A stretch of 54,402 nt of DNA, the filler included, from Squatina squatina (lineage: Eukaryota), in the NCBI GenBank assembly GCA_031763465.1. It is 3 parts of 3 records of this genome, joined end to end, with 100 filler letters (N's around TTAATTAATTAA, not from the genome) between each part and the next. Parts side by side here need not be neighbours in the genome. Positions count along the whole stretch, not along the records: positions 31,833 to 54,402 come from JARFOE010000079.1; 2 more parts are not named here. The stretch is one strand, 5' to 3'. The notes beneath the pieces are model-generated. The model was not told the DNA's origin. It was given only the letters and a program-made list of their open reading frames with translations, and ran no database searches. Shown here piece by piece: positions 37,161 through 50,606 of this stretch. Every line of letters starts with the position of its first letter. Positions within the stretch are counted from its first letter, which is position 1. A program made the translations under genes and the position numbers.

Positions 37161-40100
37161 CTCTCTTGGGCGAGAGTTTCCCCATTTGTAGCTCCTCAGT
37201 TGGGGAGGAAGCTCATTTTTTGAAATGATTTTAACGAGTTGAAGCAGAACTTGTCGGAAAACCACCTGGATCTTACAATTAGAAGAAGAATACTGAGTAG
37301 CTACTTTTTTTTTGTTGGGCTGGGGGCTCATATATTCCCTTCCTGGTTGAATTGTTTCAGTATTGGGAAATGAAAATAGATGAGGGGAAGACAAAAAGAA
37401 CCCCAGTGCATTCTACAATCAGACGAAACAGGCAAATGTCTTTTATAAATGATGAACATTTGAAAACAAGTTCAACTATTCCACTGTATCAGATGGAACT
37501 CTCGATAACTGACACTTGGCTCAATGTCCAGCAGCGCGGGGAATCACGGACTCTTTNNNNNNNNNNNNNNNNNNNNNNNNNNNNNNNNNNNNNNNNNNNN
37601 NNNNNNNNNNNNNNNNNNNNNNNNNNNNNNNNNNNNNNNNNNNNNNNNNNNNNNNNGTGCTGGGCGCTTGCTTCAAGGCACCCCTGGACCTGTCCAGATA
37701 CCAAAACCTTCCTTTGAGCATCACAATTTCATGGGAGAAAGATTTCAAGGACAAGCAGAACATAGAGGGTGGGAAGGAATGTGGTGCGAGAGACTAATTA
37801 GCCATTTGAAGCTCAATCAATGAGAGGGCATAGGCTGAGTGGACTTAATGCAAATCAGGGCCACTCAAGATATTTAAATAGCGCCTTCCCTTCAGTGACT
37901 GGACCAGCTGCATTATGGAATAGGTTTTGGGGCCTAAATGGGTTTTGTGCACTGTTGATGTGTAGGCTTCCAGCATGCTACACATTGGCCAGAAATAGAG
38001 GGGAGACAATAAAAGAGAGCCTAAAGAGAACAAAGATGCAATCAGCATTTCAGGCACCTCCCATCATGTTATTGGTACCATTCTTACTCGGAGCTCAAAA
38101 CCACAAAACTGCTTACCTCCCACATTCTTTCCATTTCCCACAATCTTGAGGGTTTTTAAATCCAAGGCTGCTGTTCACCTATCACTCATTTTCTCTTTCA
38201 CCTTTTTCAACCTTGGGCTGCACGGTTTGACTTCGACCCTCCGCCAAAGGCGCTGAAGGCAGTTGGCCAGCACTGCTTTTGTTTTCTGGGAAAGGTAGGT
38301 CCTCCTCCGCAAGCTGAATTGCAGACGGAGGCATTTCCGATCTGGATTGGCTGCACGATCTGTGTTTACAGCTGCAGACTTAACAGCTCTTCTCGTGCTG
38401 GCAGTTGCCAGGATGATTAAAGATCATAGTGTTAGCTACTTCCTCTAATCTACTGGGATAAACACATACAGCTGTGATGCTTAAGGGTGCTGTGAGGGCT
38501 GGCAAGAAATTCCTTGTGAAATGGAGACATTGATATGCAAAGCACTTGCTCGCTTCAATTTTCCTGGCAGATTTGTGGTGGAATTGGATTCAGGACGTTT
38601 GAGCAACCCTCCTCCTCAGTAGAAGACATGCAGAAGGCAGCTTCTGTACAAAGGTGGATTAATCAAGTGCCAGAACACCAGGGTGAGACTAATGNNNNNN
38701 NNNNNNNNNNNNNNNNNNNNNNNNNNNNNNNNNNNNNNNNNNNNNNNNNNNNNNNNNNNNNNNNNNNNNNNNNNNNNNNNNNNNNNNNNNNNNNGTGATG
38801 CATTATGGCCAGTTGTTGTGTTACTAGCTGGAACTGTTTTGGAGACAGTGCAAAATTATTTCACATAACAACCTTGCCTATACTCAAAGAACGCTAAATA
38901 TTTCATTCACTAGTGCCTTGTGACTTGGCTAATGGTTTCCTACCAATGTCAACCCCCCAAAAAGTCTCCAAGGTTAAGCGATGGGAGTTTTGATTTTAAG
39001 TCAGATCTGAGTAAATTAGTTCACACCATTTATTTCTGACCAGTTGCTGCAATTAAGCAATTTCACACTTGCAGTCTCTTGTGTGAAGGTTGATGTGATT
39101 GTTCGTCAGCTACTAGGAGACATCTCAAGGGCGTGTGATTCTGATTCAAAGCTGCTTGTTTTAATTCTTCACTGGAAAGGCTATGTGGGAATGCGTGTAC
39201 CTCAGCCATGATTTAACTGAATGTTGGAACAGGCTCGAGGGACTGAATGGTTTACTCCTGTTCCTATGATCCTTACCTTCAAAGGGACATTGAAGAAAAT
39301 TCAGGGAAAAGTAAGTNNNNNNNNNNNNNNNNNNNNNNNNNNNNNNNNNNNNNNNNNNNNNNNNNNNNNNNNNNNNNNNNNNNNNNNNNNNNNNNNNNNN
39401 NNNNNNNNNNNNNNNNCCAGGCACCTAAGGAGTCTCACAGCAAGCCAGCGAGAACATCCACTTTTTCTTTTGTCCTTATCTGCATTGTGGAATTTGCGCT
39501 TGAAGGTAGCTTTCAAGATGTTGTGCTTACTCCAGCCCTCCTCGGCCGCAATGATCATCTCAGCACAGGCTGTGCATTGATACCTCAGTGTTTCTGTTGT
39601 GTGACGGGACGTGAACTAAAACGAGAGTAATAAAGGAGAAAGCTTAATTAAAAAAAAGCATTAATTTCTTTATTGCACTCGAATGTTTAATAAAGGAATT
39701 AATGAGTTTCTGTTTTTAAGGACTGTATCATTCCATAACATGGAACCAGCCAGTCTAAGGCTGTTAAAATTGGATGGGCAGTAAATTCGAGGGTAATTAT
39801 TCCCATTTACTAACCATGCGATAACAGATAGTGTTTTTCCACACGTAAATTTACCGCTGACAGTAAGTTAAGCCAATCCAACGGAAAATTAGATAGACTC
39901 ATGCAAATTAAACAGCTTAGCAAGTGCAAATGAGTGAACCATTTGACCTTTGTTAACAGCTGAAGAGACTTGTTTTGCCTTGGCAGTGACTGAAGCAAAC
40001 TCGCATCCCCAAAACCCACTAAGTTTTCCGCTACGTTCCTCGGAGCAGCCCCTGCATATTTAACAGAGCTGCCATGGGTCCAGCTGCGGAGCGGGCTGTC

Positions 40101-40244
40101 CAGTTTCTGAAAGGTCTTTCAGGAAATTTCTAAAATGAAAACTGTAAGCCAGGCGGGGTAATCTTGCAAGCATTTCATGCCCAGCTTGGAGCCCTTGCTA
40201 ATGTGAACACAGGTCACAGGATTGATCGCCAAGTCCCATCCTGT

Positions 40245-40440
40245 AATGAAATTTAATGCAGAGAAGTGCGAAGTGATGCAGTTTGGATGAAGAAGCAATG
40301 TAAACTGAATAGTACAATTCTACAGGGGTTGCGGGAACAGAGAGGCCTGATGGTTCACACATACAAATCTTTGAAGATAGCAGGACAAGTTGGAAAGGAG
40401 GATAAAAATAAGCCTTATAAATAGAGGCATAGAGTACAAA
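40245..40440 (+). mobile_element. CR1 ORF2 fragment
   Basis: atgaaatttaatgcagagaagtgcgaagtgatgcagtttgg (MKFNAEKCEVMQFG) through ataaatagaggcatagagtacaaa. Confidence 0.7.
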
Positions 40441-40459
40441 ACCACTGCTGCCCTGTAGA

Positions 40460-41125
40460 CTACGAGCACCAAGATCATGGTCTACAGGGAAGCAGTGATA
40501 CCCGCCCTCCTGTATGCATCGGAGACATGGTCATTGTACAGCAGACATCTCAAAGCACTGGAGAAATACCACCAATGTTGCCCCTGCAAAATCCTGCAAA
40601 TCAATTGGCAGAACAAACACACCAACATCAACGTCCTCACTCAGGCCAACATCTCCAGCATTGAAGCACTGGTCACGCTCACCCAACTGTGATGGGCCGG
40701 TCGCATCGTCCACATACCTGATCCAAGACTCCCGAAACAGGCGCTATACTCAGAACTCCGCCATGGGAAACGTCTCCGAGGAGGACGGAGGAAACGCTAC
40801 AAGGACGTCCTCAAGGCCTCATTGAAAAAATGCAACATTCCCACCGACTCATGGGAATCCGTGGCCTAAGATTGCCCGCAATGGAGAAGAAACATCCGCG
40901 AAGGCTCCAACTGCTTTGAGTCTCTCCGGCGGGAGCACGCGGAGTCCAAACGTCGGCTGCGGAAGGAGCGCGTGGAAACCCGAGCATCCCAGCCACTCGC
41001 CTCATCAAGCACCACCTGCCCCACCTGCAGCCGTGTTTACGGATCCCACATCGGACTTTTCAGCCACCTCAGAACCCACAACCCCGGAGTAGAAGCAAGT
41101 CATCCTCGCACCCAAGGGACTGCCT
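40460..41125 (+). mobile_element. RTE-clade LINE 3' region with a C-terminal C2H2 knuckle; further copies at ~42487-42590, 49655-49795 and 50607-50756
   Basis: VYREAVIPALLYASETW...KILQINWQ...*WAGRIVHIPDPRLPKQALYSEL..G.R..GG.RKRYKD, with in-frame stops, and TCPTCSRVYGSHIGLFSHLRTH. Confidence 0.88.
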
Positions 41126-41532
41126 NNNNNNNNNNNNNNNNNNNNNNNNNNNNNNNNNNNNNNNNNNNNNNNNNNNNNNNNNNNNNNNNNNNNNNNNNNN
41201 NNNNNNNNNNNNNNNNNNNNNNNNNTGGCCAATCCCCACGCGTGTTGGTTCCGCTGCCAAATTCGCGGGGTACATATTTCAGGCGCCCCACAAGTGTTAG
41301 GCCTGTTGCTTATGTAAATTGGGGGCCCCTGCCTGTTAAAGGGCCACTTTGACAAATTGGGCAGTCTGGCACCTGCCTCATTCATGAATCCTCAGCGTCC
41401 CGCACGACTGTTACAGTTGGTTCCTCCATCTCCACAGGAGTCCAGTCGTCTCTACTCCTCCCCGCATCCCTACCGTAGACCGCTCCAAACCTGCTCACCC
41501 AGGACTTAGCTGAGGGCTGCTACCAGCATGGC

Positions 41533-41890
41533 AGAACATAAGAACATAAGAAATAGGAGCAGGACTAGGCCATTCGGCCCCTCGAGCCTGTTCCGCCATT
41601 CAACAAGATCACGGCTGATCTTCGACCTCAACTCCACCTTCCTGAACTCTCCCCGTATCCCTTGATGTCATTCTCCTGCATGCTCCTGAAATGATGTACC
41701 ATTCCAGCGACTTGAGCACATAAATATAGGCCGACACTCCCAGTGGATGCAAAAGATCTCATGCTCACTAGTCTGAAGAAGAGCAGGGGACTTCTCCCCG
41801 GTGCCCTGTTTATCCCTCAACCAACATCGATAAAAACAGATTACCTGGTCTTTTATGACATTGTTGTTTGTGGGAGCTTGCTGTGTGACC
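41533..41890. mobile_element. CR1 tail (-, 41533-41665) followed by a DeuSINE-like SINE (+, ~41705-41890)
   Basis: agaacataagaacataagaaataggagcagg... tail, then gaagaagagcaggggacttctcc...gacattgttgtttgtgggagcttgctgtg. Confidence 0.7.
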
Positions 41891-44800
41891 TTTTACGTCC
41901 ACCCGAGAGAGCAGGCGGGAGCTCGGCCGAAAGCCCCGTCCGAAAGATGCCACCTTTTCTTATCTTTCGAAGAAGAGCACCACGAATTTTCTTGTTAACT
42001 TTTAAAGGTAATAGAGCGAAACGTACAGAATATTAATTCATCATTACAACTTATATTATTCAACCCTGACAAGTCGCATTCCACACAATACGTTTTCATG
42101 GTCCCAAATGCACATCTGCCATTGCACGGCCCATTTACTAATTGCTTCATGTCCCCGTGAATCTAATCAATCTCCTGCATACCAGTCAGCTCGCTAGTTC
42201 ATTTTGGGCCATCAGCAACATCTAGAGAGCTGCTGCAAGAGCTCTTCTCCATGTGTGACTAGCAGGGAGACCCAGAATGGGTCCCTGTAGAAATCTACTT
42301 ATCACCACCTCCCTCCATGTAACATCAATGCTGTTTTCAATACATGTAGCTAATTAACCATTCCTTCTGTAGATCCTTCGCTCTCTTTAGAAAGCTTCAG
42401 ATGCAGTAAATGATGGTTATGCTTCAGATGAGAAATTTAAACAGTCTGTCACAGGGAATCAGGTGGTTGTTGAATGGTCAATATAAAGCAGGCACCTCAA
42501 ATCACTGGAGAAGTACCACCAACGCTGCCTCCGCAAAATCCTGCAAATCCACTGGCAGGATAGGCGTACCAATGTCAGCGTCCTCTCTCANNNNNNNNNN
42601 NNNNNNNNNNNNNNNNNNNNNNNNNNNNNNNNNNNNNNNNNNNNNNNNNNNNNNNNNNNNNNNNNNNNNNNNNNNNNNNNNNNNNNNNNNCATGGACAGT
42701 TGTACAGGAGTTTCAAAAGTCAGTACAAGAGTTTCAAAAATGAAGGTATTAAGCCTTACAAAAGCTTGTGCTATGATCAAAAGACTGGAGGAGCACTCAA
42801 AATCCATTGGCCCTGGTGGAAACCACTGAGGAGAGGGTGGGTTGTTACTTGTCCCACTGATGCACAAAAGGTTGATGCTTGTGTTAAATTCCTCAGTGTG
42901 GAGGCTTTGACCCATTTTAAGTGAACACGTCGATGACTGGCTTAAGAGAGCACACACAGAAGAGCCCATTAAATTGTCCATGCAGGAACGGAGCCAGTCA
43001 GAAGCTAGACCTCAAGTTTGATTACTTCTGGAACCTCTGGTTTGACTGTCATAAAAGTCCTTGTGACAAAGAATTAATGCAATGCTGATGACCAAGTAGA
43101 TTGCCTGCAGGGAATTGTCTGTCAAGTGAGGGACAAGGACACTCTTGTTGACACAACAGAACAATCTATAAATTAAAAAGATAAAATAAAATTGCCTCAC
43201 TTCAGTCCATCTTCTTCACAACAATGTAGGTAAAGCATATCAAGAGCCAGATCAAATAAGCTCTCCTTCTGTTTGTTATCAATACATGAAGGTATTGAAC
43301 ACTTGGGGTGAAAGCTTCAATCAATCATGCCACCCACTGCCACAGTGATGCTTTTACAGGTGTTTGANNNNNNNNNNNNNNNNNNNNNNNNNNNNNNNNN
43401 NNNNNNNNNNNNNNNNNNNNNNNNNNNNNNNNNNNNNNNNNNNNNNNNNNNNNNNNNNNNNNNNNNNGGCCCGAGGGGCTGAATGGCCTCCTCCTGATCA
43501 TTTGAAACAGAAGCCAAGTTGGAACTCATTAATTTCATGGTGGTCAGCTGGTCTGAGGTAAAAAAAAATAATTAAACCACAGGCTCCACTTTTTTCTTAA
43601 CCACAGTTTACTTCTAAAAGGGAAAAAAAAAATTGTCATAGTTTGGATGTCAAGTTTCAACTTCTGAATATTTGAATAAAATATACTGCTAGGCTGAACC
43701 CCTGGGACAGGATTAAGGGTCTTGTGTGTTTTTTTTTCTCAATTAACACATACAGTGTGCTATCCCTGTGAGAAGGCTATGGGCTTTGAGCTGTTTGATT
43801 AAAATATACCAAGTGTACAGGGCTGAATGAGTGAAACATTATTGATTCCTTAATTAAAATATGCAAAATTTACTAGCCACATTAATTGAGCTGCTGGCTA
43901 TGAATATTTGATCATAATAGATGAAAGCCACGCAGAGGCCCCTCTGCTCCTCTCCCACTCTCCACCCACTTGAGAGGCCAGTTCCACCACCGCAAAATTA
44001 AATGTGTTCTACGCCACGTTCCACGGGCAATGTAGCTAATCCAGTGAGAAAGGATCGCACAGAGGCCTGTCTCAAGCCCGGCCTTTGACCTTTGGTTTGC
44101 ATGCTACAGAAAGTCGGCTCCCTGCCAGATGCCAACCCTCAGGATGATTTTTCATTTCTAATTGCCATCGGGTTTCAAGTTACTTTGGTTCCTCTAGTCG
44201 TCTGACAAATTAAGTTGGGACGTTCACGACTCGTCCGGTCAGTCTCCTTCGACAACAACTCGCATGTATATAATGCCTTTAACCTCCGGAGAGACTTCAC
44301 GGGAGCGTTATCAAATCGAAGTTGACACCAAGCCGCGTAAGGGGAAAATAGGGCNNNNNNNNNNNNNNNNNNNNNNNNNNNNNNNNNNNNNNNNNNNNNN
44401 NNNNNNNNNNNNNNNNNNNNNNNNNNNNNNNNNNNNNNNNNNNNNNNNNNNNNNATTTTAGTTGTAGCATTCCTCAAAAGGACAACAGTTTATACACTGT
44501 CAAGTGCAAGCCCTTTGGTTGCTTTTGACTGGAAATGCTAAGCATGCCCCTTCAAAACAACCATGCTAACGTGAAGTGACGACGCCTGTATATCCGTGTC
44601 CTCTTGCTTGACGTTAGCCTGGGGTAAGTGCAGAATTCATCACGCACCACTTGTTTATGCCTTATACACGGTGGGGGCGGCGGGGCGGGGGAGGTGGAAA
44701 CAGATAATTTATAATCTGTCAAGTAAAGCCCTCGCTTGTAAACCTTCTACATTTTACACCAATGTTCCCTCAAGCTTTTCCTCTCTTTGAGATGGGCTTC

Positions 44801-45202
44801 TGATCTTTATTTCTCCCGTCAGGATAAAGTCTGGAGTGTCGTTATCTAAGGCCCATCATCTCCCTGTAGCTCAACAAGATATTACATCAGTGGTTAAAGG
44901 CTCGGGGTCTTGACATGACACGGGGCACATCAGTGACTTGAGCAGAAAAGAAATGTCACTGACACACACCAGAAAATATCTTCTGGCACTGACAGGACCT
45001 CAAATTAGCCGTGCAAATTAGCCTACAGAGTTAGGAAGTATCTACTAAATAACAAAGGCAAATGTCACCTTCAAGATGGTTTCATATGGTTCATAGTCTT
45101 AATATATACCAGATTTTGTGACTTTTTTTTAACAATTATCTTGATCTCTGTTACAGTCATAATGCCAACCCAATAAGTACAAAGAAATCTTGGTCAAATT
45201 CG

Positions 45203-45583
45203 ACAACAACAACTTGTATTTATATAGCGCCTTTAACTTAGTGAAACGTCCCAAGGTTCTTTACAGGAGCGATTATCAAACAAAATTTGACATCAAGCCA
45301 CTTAAGGAGATATTGGGATAGGTGACCAGAAGCTTTGTCAAAGAGGTAGGTTTTAAGAAGCGTCTTAAAGGAGGAAAGAGAGGCGGAGAGACAAAGAGGT
45401 TTAGGAAGGGAATTCTAGAGCTTAGGGGCCTGGGAGGCTGAAGACACAGCTGCCATTGATGGAGCGATTAAAATGAAGCACTTTTTGGAGTGTAGTCATT
45501 GTTGTAAGGCAGGAAATGCAGCAGCCATTTTGGGCACAGCAAGCTCCCACAAACAGCAATGTGATAATGACCAGATAATCTGT
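45203..45583 (-). mobile_element. L2-type LINE 3' end (45203-45470) plus SINE core (45474-45583); related tails at ~44250-44354, 47200-47490 and 52639-52725
   Basis: Tail caacaacaacttgtatttatatagcgccttta...aaacgtcccaagg. The copy at 47228+ encodes the L2-like GGRAFSCLGPKLWNSLP. Confidence 0.75.
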
Positions 45584-46384
45584 NNNNNNNNNNNNNNNNN
45601 NNNNNNNNNNNNNNNNNNNNNNNNNNNNNNNNNNNNNNNNNNNNNNNNNNNNNNNNNNNNNNNNNNNNNNNNNNNNNNNNNNNAGGGATATCGTGAGATC
45701 TATTTTTGTGGAGCCCAATTATTTTTTCCTATTGGAGCAAAATTCCAATATATCTATTTCAAATGGATTAAGACCTATAAATAGTAGACTAAGGGATTAT
45801 ATCCAGGCATTTTTATCGCACAGTACATTTTCAGCTGCTTACTTTATATGTCCAATAAAATACCACTAAATGTGCGACTGAACTGTACCGGTCGTTCAAC
45901 GGTATCTGAGCAGCAGCGATAGCCTTCATGTTTACTACGCTGTCGAATTATGGGTAGGCTGCAGAATGATGGGCTTGACCTGCAGTTTTGTCCTTCAGTT
46001 GTCCAGCCTTTCTTCACTTTGACAGCGCAGTGCATGTACAGCCTGTCTTTTATTGCTTAATTTGTCACTTGGGACAGACGCGTGGAACTGGGGTAAAATG
46101 ATCAACCCTGTGACCGAGATTACAATACCACCAGACGGTCGCAGGCTTCAAGGGGAGGTGTAGTGCACTAAAATGCCGCATTATCTCCGAATGCTTTGAA
46201 GGGAGATATTCATTAGCATCCTTCAGTCAGCTCTTTGTTANNNNNNNNNNNNNNNNNNNNNNNNNNNNNNNNNNNNNNNNNNNNNNNNNNNNNNNNNNNN
46301 NNNNNNNNNNNNNNNNNNNNNNNNNNNNNNNNNNNNNNNNATGTTTTACTGAAGTGCAGGTGCTGTATAAATGTTAGTTGTTAC

Positions 46385-46595
46385 TGTTGCTGTGATCTGC
46401 AATGCGCTGTTTGAAAGGTTGGTGGAAACAGATTCGTTAATGACTTCCAAAAGGGAACTGGATGAACACATGAAGGGGAAAAATTTGCTGAGCTATGAGG
46501 AAAGGTCAGCGGAATGGGACTGATTGGATCGCTCGTTCAAAGAGCTGGCACAGGTACGATGGGCCGAATGGCCTCCTTCTGCGCTGTATGATTCC
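46385..46595 (+). mobile_element. CR1 LINE 3' end
   Basis: Collinear with 34035-34238. Confidence 0.75.
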
Positions 46596-49429
46596 AAGGT
46601 TCAATGAGCAATCTCGCTTGCCATGACTATGCATTGCGTTGCCGTTCTAAACCTTAATAGATAGTCAGTCCGGACATGGTCTTTAAGCCAGGGTTTGACT
46701 GCTGCGTTTCTAATTATGAAGAAGAAGGGGGCAGTGAAAAAAAATCAAATGATATCAATTATCTGTGGTGAAACTGACTAGTTAATTGCATCGAAATTGA
46801 AATTTCCCAGGTTCACAAGTAATTACCACCCACAACTAATACGGCAGATTGAATACGGATTGAATACAACTAATACGGTCAATTGAATAAAAAAAGTAAT
46901 ATCCTAACTCAGTACTTTGCAATCAAAGCAAAAATGAATCAAATCATTGGAAATGGAGTGACGAGAAAACCAACAAAGATGCTCAAATTAATTGGATCCG
47001 AATCCTTCCGACCAGTAATCAAATTGTAATCATAAAACATTCAAACCTTNNNNNNNNNNNNNNNNNNNNNNNNNNNNNNNNNNNNNNNNNNNNNNNNNNN
47101 NNNNNNNNNNNNNNNNNNNNNNNNNNNNNNNNNNNNNNNNNNNNNNNNNGGGCCGAATGGCCTGTTTCTGTTCTGTAAGTTCTATGTAAGTCTATGTAGG
47201 TATCTGCACTCCTCCAATTCTGGCCTCTTGTGCTTCCCCGGGTTTAATCGCTCCACCATTGGTGGCCGTGCCTTCAGCTGCCTTGGCCCTAAGCTCTGGA
47301 ATTCCCTCCCTAAACTTCTCTGCCTCTCTACCTCTCCCTCCTCCTTTAAGGTTCAAACCCACCTCTCTGACCAAGCTTTTCTCCGGATATCTCCTTCTGT
47401 GGCTCGGTGTCAAAATGATTTAATTGATAACGCTCTTGTTAAGCGCTTTGGGGCGTTTTGCGACATGAAATGTGCGATGTAAATATAAATCGTTGACGTT
47501 GTAAACCTTCTGTCAACCAGGGTAATGTGCAAGCACTGGCTGAATATTGCTATCGATGTGTTTATGGTTTCAAATGGAAAGCTCGTTATGTCCAGGAATC
47601 CACAAAAAGGCACCGAGTTCCAGAAGACGGTGGAGAAACACATAAATCTGCCTCTAAATATAGCCGAAGGGCACAGATCCAAGCTTTGATTCACATTTCA
47701 GCAAATTTAGCCGCTTTGCATCCAGGAACACAGGCAGGACATCACGTTTAACTTTAACTGCGCAATGAAGACAAATGAGAGCAAGCTCAGGAGCTAACAA
47801 AATGACCGAGAGATTTGAATGCAAAATGAACTGGTGCTGGGCCTGGTTGTGACGTGTGATCAATACCAGGAATGCGGTGAATAAATCACAGATTACTCCT
47901 CCCAACATAACAAGGTAATTTGAAGGAAACGTCATTTTCACAACATCATCCGCTGGTGCGAATGGAATATCATACATCAGGCANNNNNNNNNNNNNNNNN
48001 NNNNNNNNNNNNNNNNNNNNNNNNNNNNNNNNNNNNNNNNNNNNNNNNNNNNNNNNNNNNNNNNNNNNNNNNNNNNNNNNNNNCTACAATCTTCAGACAC
48101 AAAGGAAAGATGGTTACTGTCTGAGCATTTGTCATCGAGAGGAGCTTCCAAAGCTTCAATAAGCGTGGAGTGCCTACGTAAGCTACTTTCCCACAAAATG
48201 GAAAGCCCTGGTTTGCAGCTGAGCATCCCAAAAGTGCTCCAGACCCATTATAATCCACGAGCAACAGCACAGTGCTTACATATTCGCCCCTCTATCTGCA
48301 TTGACTGAGGAATTCTTCAGTGTAGAACGTTGAAGTATGTCATTCGCTCTGAGCCCTGTGTTGGTGTGAAGAAATAAAGCTGATTATGTCTGGCGTGGTA
48401 GGCTGGTCCACACAATGAGTTGTCCCACTGAGGACACTGCGGAGAGGATAACACTGAAGGACACAATCAAGTATTCATGACATGAACAATAACAGCGATA
48501 CAGCAACCTCTTCAGTCAGGTTTCTAGGGGAGCACAAAAGCTATCAAGAAGAAATTCTTTGAAATCTTCAAATAAAATATGATTCTTTTGATGCCAGCTT
48601 TGCTGGAGTACAATTGTATTCTACTTCTTTCAATTTCCCTGGGGAAATTTATGGAAAATGTAACCTTAGAAAATAACTCTTTTGCTTCGATGCACTTCTT
48701 TTTTTTATCGTTTTTGAAGTAACGTCTGAAATATACCTTGTAGTCGGCTGGCACTCACAATGCGNNNNNNNNNNNNNNNNNNNNNNNNNNNNNNNNNNNN
48801 NNNNNNNNNNNNNNNNNNNNNNNNNNNNNNNNNNNNNNNNNNNNNNNNNNNNNNNNNNNNNNNNCTCGGCTTCGCTCTCCAGGTATTTATTTAAAACAGC
48901 ACTCTGCGAACGTTAGCGGAGTTTTGTAAGCAATGTCTCTGCCCATTGCTTTAAACTTGAAAGGCAAATGACTGACAGCTGGTTGGTCAGGAGGGAATCT
49001 TTTGCCTGCTTTGTTCCGACAAATCAATGTAAAATCTATACTCATCTGTTCCTTATAAACATAAATTTGCATACTGAATGCTCGGCTTCCATTCCAGCTG
49101 GACGATCTGTATCTGCCACTCATCTGTCCCTTCTCTTTCATTAGCGCATTAATTATTTCTCCCTTTAAAGCCATTTGTCAGGTTAAATAGATCTCCCTTC
49201 ATTTGGCCGCTTTTCAGGGAAGACTTGCTCGCTGTTTTTTCTCTTCTGCGGATCATCTTTTAGACAGGACATTATCCAATTTGCTGTGTGCTTTTGTTTT
49301 AGTGGCGAGCTGGCAGTGATGGATTCACTTGGAGAGGAAGAACGAAAGCAAGGTCACGCAAAAATAGAAGGTTATTTACATTTTAATTATCATTTCTTTT
49401 CTTGGGAGCACACTGGCCTCCCAGGAAAA

Positions 49430-49554
49430 ATAGAACAGCATTTTTTAAATGGTGAGAGATTGGGAAATGTTGGTGTTCAGAGGGACCTGGGTGTCCCTGT
49501 ACACAAATCACTGAAAGTTAACATGTAATTCGGAAAGCAAGTGTATGCTAGCCT
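49430..49554 (+). mobile_element. CR1 ORF2 fragment
   Basis: FLNGERLGNVGVQRDLGVPVHKSLKVNM. Confidence 0.7.
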
Positions 49555-50394
49555 TNNNNNNNNNNNNNNNNNNNNNNNNNNNNNNNNNNNNNNNNNNNNN
49601 NNNNNNNNNNNNNNNNNNNNNNNNNNNNNNNNNNNNNNNNNNNNNNNNNNNNNNNCCCACCCACTCGCCCCATCAAACACCACCTGCCCCACCTGTGGTA
49701 GAGTTTGTGGATCCCGGATAGGACTACTTAGTAACCTCAGAACCCACAACTCCGGAGTGGAAGCAAGTCATCCTCGACCTCGAGGGACTGCCTAAGCAAG
49801 AGGAAGTTGTACCATGTTATATAAATACAAGTTGTTGTTTTAATTCATTAAAATAAACATTTTCCCCAGAGAGAAAAAACATATTGGCTCACGTCTATTC
49901 AGTCATGGATTCATGTAAATACTTCCACTCTTTTAATCCTGGAGTGTAATCTGCACCAGCCAGCCTGTCATCTTAAATTACCATCTCGAGCTATTCCTGA
50001 TGCAAACAGGTTTTGTAGAATGCTGATTCGCTCTATATCGGAAATTACATTGCTGTGACGGTTTTAATGCTGGTTCCTGTAACCTGGTATCAGTTATAAT
50101 AATGGCTACATTATCGGCGGAGTAGCTCACAAGCTGTTTGCAAATTTCTTCGTGACGAGCGCCTGTTTGATCGACAGATAAATGTGCACTGTTCTATTAC
50201 AGCAATATACTCAAACGATTATGTCAGTAGAGTTAAATGTTGGGAGTTTATGATTTGAAGAAAGTATCTAATCTACTGCACCACTGAGCCAAGTAACTGG
50301 TGTCTTACAAATACATTTACAAGATCCCACTTACGAATTACAAATGAAAGAGTGCAAAATTCACCACTTATTTTTTGAACGCTGAAGTTTTCAG

Positions 50395-50606
50395 CCATGG
50401 CTCAGTGGGTATGACTTCGCCTCTGAGTCAATGGGTTGCGAATTCAAGTCCGACTCCAGGGGCAAAATCTAGGCAGACGCTTCTGTGCTCGNNNNNNNNN
50501 NAGGGAGTGCGGCACAGGTAGGTGCCGCTTTTCAACTGAGACGTTAAACCAAGGCCCTGTCTGTCCAATCAGGTGGAACATAGATGAATCCCATGGCACT
50601 ATTTCG
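50395..50606 (+). mobile_element. tRNA-headed SINE 5' part
   Basis: A-box-like tggctcagtggg, B-box-like aattcaagtcc, then the body tgagacgttaaaccaaggccctgtctg...cccatggcactattt. Confidence 0.7.

Noticed and set aside
50395-50460. tRNA gene
   Set aside because: Degenerate A/B boxes continue into a SINE body and no cloverleaf is evident.
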